Part shown: in pieces, positions 57,827 to 64,000 of the stretch
Position numbering within the stretch: position 1 is the stretch's first letter
Layout: each line of letters opens with the position of its first letter
Source of the DNA: an uncultured Gemmatimonadales bacterium
Lineage (GTDB): Bacteria; Gemmatimonadota; Gemmatimonadetes; Longimicrobiales; RSA9
Assembly (NCBI GenBank): GCA_963708135.1
Contig: OY970192.1
Span: 1,056,001-1,120,000, forward strand
Reading direction: 5' to 3'
Length of the DNA: 64,000 nucleotides
Translations under genes and position numbers: made by a program
Notes under the pieces: model-generated
Seen by the model: only the letters and a program-made list of their open reading frames with translations
Databases searched by the model: none
What the model was told of the DNA's origin: nothing

Positions 57827-59284
57827 ATGAAGCTGACGTTCCGCCACGGGGTTCACCCCCCGGAATCGAAGGAGCTGACGGAGCACGTGCCGTTGCGGCG
57901 CCTGCCGTTCGCGGCGGAGCTCGTGCTCCCGCTCCGGCAGCACGCGGGAAAGCCGGCCGTCCCGCTCGTGAAGGTCGGGGACCACGTGCAGCGGGGCGAC
58001 CGGATCGCCGAGGCCGACGGCTTCGTCTCCTCGCCCGTGCACGCCTCGGCGGCCGGCGTGGTGAAGTCGATCGGCTGGTGGCCGCACCCGGACGGGACCA
58101 TGGCGGAGGCGATCCGGATCGCGGTGGACCGCTACTCGCCCCACATCCCGCGGCCGCGCATGGTGCCGCACTGGGAGGGGCTCTCGGCCGCGCAGGTGGT
58201 GAAGGCCGTGCAGGACGCGGGCGTGGTCGGCCTCGGCGGCGCCGCCTTCCCGACGCACGTCAAGCTCTCGCCGCCGAAGGACGCGAAGATCCACACCCTG
58301 ATCGTGAACGGCGCCGAGTGCGAGCCGTACCTGACCACGGACCACCGGACCATGGTCGAGTACCCGGAGCGCGTGCACTTCGGCGTGCGCATCATGATGA
58401 AGGCGCTCGGCGTCGCGCGAGCCGTAATCGGCGTCGAGATGAACAAGCCGGACGCCATCGAGCGGCTGCGCGCCACCCGGCCCGGGGACCTCGACGTCAC
58501 GATCCTGCCGCTCACGGTGAAATATCCGCAGGGCGCCGAGAAGATGCTGATCGAGGTGGTCACCGGGAAGCGGGTGCCGTCCGGCAGGCTGCCGCTGCAC
58601 GTGGGCGTGGTGGTGCAGAACGTCGGCTCGATCGCCACCATCGCGGAGGTCTTCGAGACCGGGCTGCCGCTGGTCGAGCGGATCGTCACCATATCGGGCC
58701 ATGGCGTGCGCCGCCCCTCCAATCTGATCGTGCCCGTCGGCACGAAGATCCGCGATGCGCTCGAGTTCTGCGGCGGGCTCAGGGAGGACGCGAGCGAGAT
58801 CGTGTTCGGCGGCCCGATGATGGGCACCTCGCAGCCGGACCTCGATACGCCGATCATCAAGGGCACCACCGGCGTGATCGTGCTCAGGCACGCCGACACG
58901 CCGCGCCGCGAGACGCTGCCCTGCATCCGCTGCGGCCGCTGCCTCGACGCCTGCCCCGTCTTCCTGAACCCCTCGCAGCTCGGGCTGCTCGCGCAGGCCG
59001 GCCGCTACGAGGACATGGAGGCGCTGCACCTGGCCGACTGCATGCTGTGCGGCTCCTGCTCCTACGTCTGCCCGTCGAGCATCCCGCTCAGCCAGATGTT
59101 CTCGCTGGGCAGGACGGCGCTGCGGAAGCTGAAGGCGGCGGAAGCCGCGAAGGCGAAGGCGGAGGCCGCGGCCCGCGGGGCGGCGGAGGGCGGCGTCGCC
59201 GCCAGCGGGCCCGGCGGCGCGGCGGCCGGTGCATCGGCCCCGGCCGGCGGCGCGGCCGCGCGGAAGGAGGCGGTGCCCGCATGA
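57827..59284 (+). CDS. rnfC: Rnf complex subunit C
   Basis: GVHP, QHAG, GLGGAAFPT, NGAECEPYLT, KYPQGAEK, GGPMMG, CIRCGRC, CMLCGSC. Confidence 0.95.
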   Translation: MKLTFRHGVHPPESKELTEHVPLRRLPFAAELVLPLRQHAGKPAVPLVKVGDHVQRGDRIAEADGFVSSPVHASAAGVVKSIGWWPHPDGTMAEAIRIAVDRYSPHIPRPRMVPHWEGLSAAQVVKAVQDAGVVGLGGAAFPTHVKLSPPKDAKIHTLIVNGAECEPYLTTDHRTMVEYPERVHFGVRIMMKALGVARAVIGVEMNKPDAIERLRATRPGDLDVTILPLTVKYPQGAEKMLIEVVTGKRVPSGRLPLHVGVVVQNVGSIATIAEVFETGLPLVERIVTISGHGVRRPSNLIVPVGTKIRDALEFCGGLREDASEIVFGGPMMGTSQPDLDTPIIKGTTGVIVLRHADTPRRETLPCIRCGRCLDACPVFLNPSQLGLLAQAGRYEDMEALHLADCMLCGSCSYVCPSSIPLSQMFSLGRTALRKLKAAEAAKAKAEAAARGAAEGGVAASGPGGAAAGASAPAGGAAARKEAVPA

Positions 59285-59310
59285 GACACCCTGTGTCAAC
59301 CCCCCTGTGT

Positions 59311-60558
59311 TCAAGCAGCCGCCGCGGTGGGTTCCGCGGGGGTGAAGAAGGGGATAGCCCGTCCGTGTCGGGAGGGGTCGTAGGTGGACCGATTGTGCCA
59401 GCAGCGCCACAGCACGCGGACCCAGGCTCGGGCGAGGATTCGGATTGCGTGCGGGTGATCGCAGCCGCGGGCACGGGCGCACTTGTAGACGGCGGCGGCC
59501 CAGGGGTGGGCATGGCGGGAGTTGTCCGCCCAGGTGGTGAGGGCTTGTCGCAGGCGCTTGTTGCAGGCGAAGCGGCAGGCGACGCCGCGATGCTTGCCGG
59601 AGCTGTGCGTAACGGGGGCGACGCCGGCTTCGGCGGCGAGCTGGGCGTCGGTGGCGAAGCGGAGCCGGTCGTCGCCGAGCTCGGCGAGAATCTGGGCGGC
59701 ATTGATGGTGCCGGTGCGGGGGAAGGACTTCAGGATCTCACCGTCGGGATGCTGCGCGAGGTGAGCGGCGATGAGCCCGTCGAGCTCGCGGATCTGAGCC
59801 ACGAGAGGGCGGAGGACGGCGACCAGGGAACGGACGAGCTGACCTTTGGTCTCGCTCTCGAGCTCGGCGGCCTGCCCTGCGGGGGCGGAGCGGAGCCGCT
59901 CGAGGAGCTGATCGACCGGCCGGCGGCCGCAGTAGGCAGTGCGCTTGAGGAATCGTTCGAGGCGCTTGGGCCCGAGGCGGGCGGCGCTCTCCGGGGTGGG
60001 GTAGGCGTCCAGGAAATCGAGGGCGATCGGGCTATCGACATCGGCGAAAATGGCGGCAGCGCCGGCCCAGAAGCTGTCGAGCAGGCTGCGGAGCTGATTG
60101 GCGAGCTGGACGCGGGTCGCGACCAGGTCATCGCGGGTGCGAACGGCGGCGCGAAGCGCCTTGGTGCGATCGGAGGGGACCCGGAGCGGCCGGAATCGAT
60201 GCCCATCGGTACGCAGGACGTCGGCGAGGATGTAGGCATCACCGGGATCGCTCTTCCCCGGAGCCGCGGCGTAGCGGGGCCGGGTGGCCTTGAGGGCGTT
60301 CGGGTGGATCGGAACGACCGGGAAGCCGGCCTCGACCAACGTATCCACCAGAAGTCCGGACGGCCGCTCGATGGCGATGGGCAGCTGCGCCGGAGAGCTG
60401 ACGCGACGCAGGCGCCGGATCAGCTCACTCAGCCCACCGGCCGTGTGAGGGATGGTGAACGCGTCAACGAGGGCGCCGCTCAGATCGAGCACACAGACGT
60501 CATGCTTGTCGCTGGCCCAGTCAATTCCGACGAGGTAGCTTGGATCCAGTCCTTCCAC
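59311..60558 (-). CDS. IS110 DEDD recombinase
   Basis: GIDW, AIE, KSDPGDA (DEDD); C-terminal AGVAPVTHSSG with the catalytic Ser. Confidence 0.95.
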   Translation of the reverse strand: MEGLDPSYLVGIDWASDKHDVCVLDLSGALVDAFTIPHTAGGLSELIRRLRRVSSPAQLPIAIERPSGLLVDTLVEAGFPVVPIHPNALKATRPRYAAAPGKSDPGDAYILADVLRTDGHRFRPLRVPSDRTKALRAAVRTRDDLVATRVQLANQLRSLLDSFWAGAAAIFADVDSPIALDFLDAYPTPESAARLGPKRLERFLKRTAYCGRRPVDQLLERLRSAPAGQAAELESETKGQLVRSLVAVLRPLVAQIRELDGLIAAHLAQHPDGEILKSFPRTGTINAAQILAELGDDRLRFATDAQLAAEAGVAPVTHSSGKHRGVACRFACNKRLRQALTTWADNSRHAHPWAAAVYKCARARGCDHPHAIRILARAWVRVLWRCWHNRSTYDPSRHGRAIPFFTPAEPTAAAA

Positions 60559-60589
60559 GCCTCACCTCCGAGCAGAGATTCACTCCCTC

Positions 60590-60765
60590 GCTCCGGCGTT
60601 GGAAGGTCTCACCGATCGCTCACTGAAAGGCGCTCTCGGCTTCAGGTGCCGTGGCGCTACACCCTGTGGTCGGTTGGGGCCTTCCACGCCGGGCAGGGGA
60701 GCGGGTCTCATGCGGGCCGTCGAGCGGCAAGCGACGCTGGCTCTCCCTACCCGGACGCCGAAGCA
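60590..60765 (-). ncRNA. Putative bridge RNA of the IS110 element (ends approximate)
   Basis: Two stem-enclosed internal loops whose guides match the target flanks and the donor junction (see findings). Confidence 0.8.
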
Positions 60766-60815
60766 CTTCTCTTGAGCGGCGCGAATCTACGCCCCGCTGA
60801 GGGTAAGGTGCACCA

Positions 60816-61829
60816 GTGAGCGAGCTCGACGCGGGCCGCCTCCAGATCGCGGCCTCGCCCCACATCCAGGCGGCCGACAGCACCGAGCGGATCATGTGGA
60901 CGGTGGTGGCCACGCTCGTGCCGATCGTGGGCGCCTCCTTCTGGTTCTTCGGCCTGGGCGCGCTGCTCGTCATCGCCAGCGCGACGCTCGGCGCCATGGC
61001 CACCGAGCGCGCGTTCGGCCGGCCGCGCGCGCTCCGCGACGGCTCCGCCGCCATCACCGGGCTGCTCCTCGGGCTCACGCTGCCGCCGGGATTCCCGCTG
61101 TGGATGGCGGCGATCGGCGGCGCCTTCGCGATCGGGCTGGGCAAGCTGATCTTCGGCGGGCTGGGGCAGAACGTCTTCAATCCCGCGCTGCTCGGGCGCG
61201 CGTTCCTGCAGGCGGCGTTCCCCACGGCCATCACCACCTGGCCCACGGTCGGGCAGGGATGGACCACGCTCTACCCGTCCAACTTCGCGTTCCCCTTCGT
61301 GCAGGCGGCGCCCGACGCGGTCACCGCCGCCACGCCGCTCGGGCTCATGAAGTTCGAGCACCACATGACGGACGTGCTGCCCATGATCACCGGCCATACC
61401 GGCGGCTCGCTCGGCGAGACGGCGGGTGCCCTGATTCTCATATGCGGCGCCTACCTGGCCTGGAAGCGCTACCTCGACTGGCGCATCCCGACGAGCATCA
61501 TCCTCACCGTGGCCGGGCTGAGCGCGCTGCTGCACCTGTTCGGCGGCGAGCGCTTCCCGACCGCCGGCTTCATGCTCTTCTCCGGCGGGCTCATGCTCGG
61601 CGCCGTCTACATGGCCACCGACATGGTCACCTCGCCCACCACGCCGAAGGGGGCCTGGATCTTCGGCTTCGGCATCGGCGCGCTCGTCGTGCTGATCCGG
61701 ATCTGGGGCGGGCTGCCGGAGGGCGTCATGTACGCGATCCTGCTCATGAACGCGCTGGTGCCGTTCCTGAACCGCTGGACGCAGCCGCGCGTGTTCGGTA
61801 CGCCGGGTCGGAAGGAGGCCGCAGCGTGA
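60816..61829 (+). CDS. rnfD: Rnf complex subunit D
   Basis: SPH, FGGLGQNVFNPA, AATPL, GGSLGET, MATD, EGVMYAIL; polytopic membrane protein. Confidence 0.95.
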   Translation: MSELDAGRLQIAASPHIQAADSTERIMWTVVATLVPIVGASFWFFGLGALLVIASATLGAMATERAFGRPRALRDGSAAITGLLLGLTLPPGFPLWMAAIGGAFAIGLGKLIFGGLGQNVFNPALLGRAFLQAAFPTAITTWPTVGQGWTTLYPSNFAFPFVQAAPDAVTAATPLGLMKFEHHMTDVLPMITGHTGGSLGETAGALILICGAYLAWKRYLDWRIPTSIILTVAGLSALLHLFGGERFPTAGFMLFSGGLMLGAVYMATDMVTSPTTPKGAWIFGFGIGALVVLIRIWGGLPEGVMYAILLMNALVPFLNRWTQPRVFGTPGRKEAAA

Positions 61830-62524
61830 GCGCCGACTGTCACACCCCGCCGACCCCGCCGTCCGAGGGGGCGCCGCCGCCCGACGCGCCGCGGCCGCCC
61901 GAGGTCTCCTCGCTGCGGCTGGTGGGGACGCTCGCCTTCTTCGGCGCCATCGCCGGGTTCCTCATCGTGCTGGTCTTCCAGTGGACCAGGCCGCGCATCG
62001 ACGCGCACAAGGCGCTGGTGCTCCGGCAGGCCGCGCTCGAGGTGCTGGGCGAGCCGCAGCAGATGAAGAGCATCTTCGTCTACCAGGGCAGGCTGGTCGA
62101 TGCGCTGCCCGCCGGCGTGGACTCCCCCGGGCTCGACCGCCTCTACCTCGGCCTCGACGCCGGCGGGCGGCCGGTCGGCTACGCCATCGAGGCGCGCGGC
62201 ACCGGCTTCCAGGACGTGATCGATCTGATCTTCGGCTACGACGCGCACACGAAGAAGCTGCTCGGGATGAAGGTGCTGGAGAGCAAGGAGACGCCGGGGC
62301 TCGGGGAGAAGATCGAGTCGGACTCCTCCTTCGTCGCCGGCTTCAGGGGCCCGACGGGCCCGATCGTCGGGGTCAAGAAGGGACAGGAGAAGGGCGATCC
62401 GCACGAGGTCGACATGATCACCGGGGCGACGATCTCGTCGCGGGCCGTGATCGGCATCATTGACGCGCGGCTGGCCGAGGTCACGCCGCTGCTGGACGCC
62501 TACACCCCGGGAGGCCGCCGATGA
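61826..62524 (+). CDS. rnfG: Rnf complex subunit G
   Basis: TM segment, ETPGLG, FMN-attachment motif ITGATISS. Confidence 0.92.
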   Translation: MSADCHTPPTPPSEGAPPPDAPRPPEVSSLRLVGTLAFFGAIAGFLIVLVFQWTRPRIDAHKALVLRQAALEVLGEPQQMKSIFVYQGRLVDALPAGVDSPGLDRLYLGLDAGGRPVGYAIEARGTGFQDVIDLIFGYDAHTKKLLGMKVLESKETPGLGEKIESDSSFVAGFRGPTGPIVGVKKGQEKGDPHEVDMITGATISSRAVIGIIDARLAEVTPLLDAYTPGGRR

Positions 62525-63204
62525 GGGCCACCACCCCGCACGAGGACCTGGTGCGCGGGATCTGGAAGGAGAACCCGGTCTTCGTGCAGCTGCTCGGGCT
62601 GTGCCCGACGCTTGCCGTGACCAACACCGTGGCCAACGGGATCGCGATGGGGCTGGCGACCTTCTTCGTGCTGGTCGGCTCCAGCTTCCTCGTCTCGCTG
62701 CTCCGCAAGCTGATCCCGAACGAGGTGCGCATCAGCGCCTACATCCTCATCATCGCGACGTTCGTGACCGTCGTGGACATGACCCTCGAGGCGCTCGTCC
62801 CCGACATCCACAAGGCGCTCGGCGCCTTCATCGCGCTGATCGTGGTCAACTGCATCATCCTCGGACGGCAGGAGGCCTTCGCCGCCAGGAACCGCGTCGG
62901 CCGCTCCGTGCTCGACGCGGTGGGCACCGGCTTCGGCTTCATCATCACGATGCTCATGATGTCGTCGTTCCGCGAGCTGCTCGGCAGCGGCACCCTGCTC
63001 GGCTACCACGTCCTCGGCCACCACTACGAGCCCTGGGTCGTCATGATCCTGCCGCCCGGCGGCTTCTTCACCCTCGGCTTCTGGCTGCTCGCCTTCGGCT
63101 GGTGGAAGGCCCGCAAGCAGGAGAGCGTCAAGCCCCGCCGCTGGCCGCACGGCGTGCTGCCGCCGCGGCCCGCGCGCCGGGAGCGGAAGGAGGTCGTCGC
63201 ATGA
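62521..63204 (+). CDS. rnfE: Rnf complex subunit E
   Basis: ENPVFVQLLGLCPTLAVT, LIVVNC, RELLG, LPPGGF. Confidence 0.95.
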   Translation: MRATTPHEDLVRGIWKENPVFVQLLGLCPTLAVTNTVANGIAMGLATFFVLVGSSFLVSLLRKLIPNEVRISAYILIIATFVTVVDMTLEALVPDIHKALGAFIALIVVNCIILGRQEAFAARNRVGRSVLDAVGTGFGFIITMLMMSSFRELLGSGTLLGYHVLGHHYEPWVVMILPPGGFFTLGFWLLAFGWWKARKQESVKPRRWPHGVLPPRPARRERKEVVA

Positions 63205-63779
63205 TGAAGGACCTGTTCTGGATCTTCATCTCTTCCATGGTGGTGAACAACTTCACCCTGGCGCTGTTCCTCGGGCTGTGCCCGTTCTTCGGGGTGTCGT
63301 CGAAGGTCTCCACCGCCGTCCGCATGGGCGCCGCCGACACGTTCGTGCTGGTGATCACGTCCGTGGCGACGTGGTTCCTCAACCGCTTCATCCTGGCCGA
63401 CGCGCCGTACCTGCGGCTGATCTCCTTCATCGTCGTGATCGCCGCGCTGGTGCAGATCGTCGAGATGATCATCCGCAAGGCGAGCCCCACGCTCTTCCGC
63501 GAGCTCGGCATCTATCTGCCGCTCATCACGACCAACTGCGCGATCCTCGGCCTGGCCATCTTCCAGACCAACCGCGGCTACGGCTTCGCCGAGGGCGTCA
63601 CCTTCGCCGTCGGCTCCGGGCTCGGGCTGACGCTCGCGCTCGTGCTCATGGCCTCGATCCGCGAGCAGGTCGAGCTGGCCGACATCCCCGCCCTCGCCAG
63701 GGGCATGGGCATCGTGCTCATCATCGCCGGCAGCCTCTCGCTCGCCTTCATGGGCTTTGCGGGGCTGTTCAGCTCATGA
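63201..63779 (+). CDS. rnfA: Rnf complex subunit A
   Basis: NNF, FLGLCPF, LGIYLPLITTNC, LAFMGF. Confidence 0.95.
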   Translation: MMKDLFWIFISSMVVNNFTLALFLGLCPFFGVSSKVSTAVRMGAADTFVLVITSVATWFLNRFILADAPYLRLISFIVVIAALVQIVEMIIRKASPTLFRELGIYLPLITTNCAILGLAIFQTNRGYGFAEGVTFAVGSGLGLTLALVLMASIREQVELADIPALARGMGIVLIIAGSLSLAFMGFAGLFSS

Positions 63780-63928
63780 TCGCCTCGATCGTGGGCATCG
63801 CCCTGCTCGCCGCCCTCTTCGCCGTCTTCGGGCTCATCCGCCACAAGCCGGACTGCGCGTCCGGCGCCTGCGGCGCCTGCCCCGCAACCTCGTGCGCACT
63901 GAAGGAGTCCGACCATGACCATGCCTGA
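63776..63928 (+). CDS. 50-aa membrane peptide with a Cys cluster
   Basis: ATGA overlap with rnfA; TM followed by CASGACGACPATSC. Confidence 0.65.
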   Translation: MIASIVGIALLAALFAVFGLIRHKPDCASGACGACPATSCALKESDHDHA

Positions 63929-64000
63929 GGACCGCGACCGCGCTCCCGCCGGCGAGCCTGCTTCCCCGCAGCCCGACCGCGGCGCACCCGTGGACCGCCG
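63915..64000 (+). CDS. Next operon gene, 3' partial, product unknown
   Basis: AAGGAG SD, ATG, frame open to the window end. Confidence 0.45.
   Translation, partial: MTMPEDRDRAPAGEPASPQPDRGAPVDR

Larger units (their letters stand above)
59286..60820 (-). mobile_element. IS110-family insertion sequence
   Basis: TGAG core repeated at 59282-59285 and 60817-60820; no terminal IRs. Removal restores the rnfC/rnfD ATGA overlap. Confidence 0.9.

Noticed and set aside
1..64000. Many long Arg/Gly/Ala/Pro-rich ORFs in alternative frames (e.g. 5997-8498, 33168-36311, 53703-56663, 58078-60819)
   Set aside because: They are shadow ORFs of high-GC coding sequence, overlap well-supported genes and have no motifs.

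Overview
This is a high-GC bacterial chromosome segment; gene content and style suggest a Gemmatimonadota-like organism (inference). 1-21 kb is mostly housekeeping: JAB-DinG helicase, FAH hydrolase, aminotransferase, valS, selA, gmhB, an A-type Fe-S carrier, purN and purH. 21-47 kb is accessory and partly decayed. It holds a multiheme cytochrome split by an IS21, an internally deleted cfa, a B12-radical SAM enzyme, nadE, a stress cluster (USP, BON, eRF1-like protein, archease), and a lutABC-glcD lactate operon whose lutB is replaced by a patchwork of gene fragments and an AT-richer island. 47.7-64 kb is one coupled operon joining two 2-oxoacid:ferredoxin oxidoreductases to a full Rnf complex. 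Three IS elements have readable ends. The most striking is an IS110 element whose non-coding end carries a bridge-RNA-like structure with guides matching its own donor junction and its target. It sits on the rnfC/rnfD ATGA overlap and rebuilds a start codon and SD for rnfD. No rRNA, tRNA or CRISPR array was seen. All family calls come from motif recognition by eye, not database searches.
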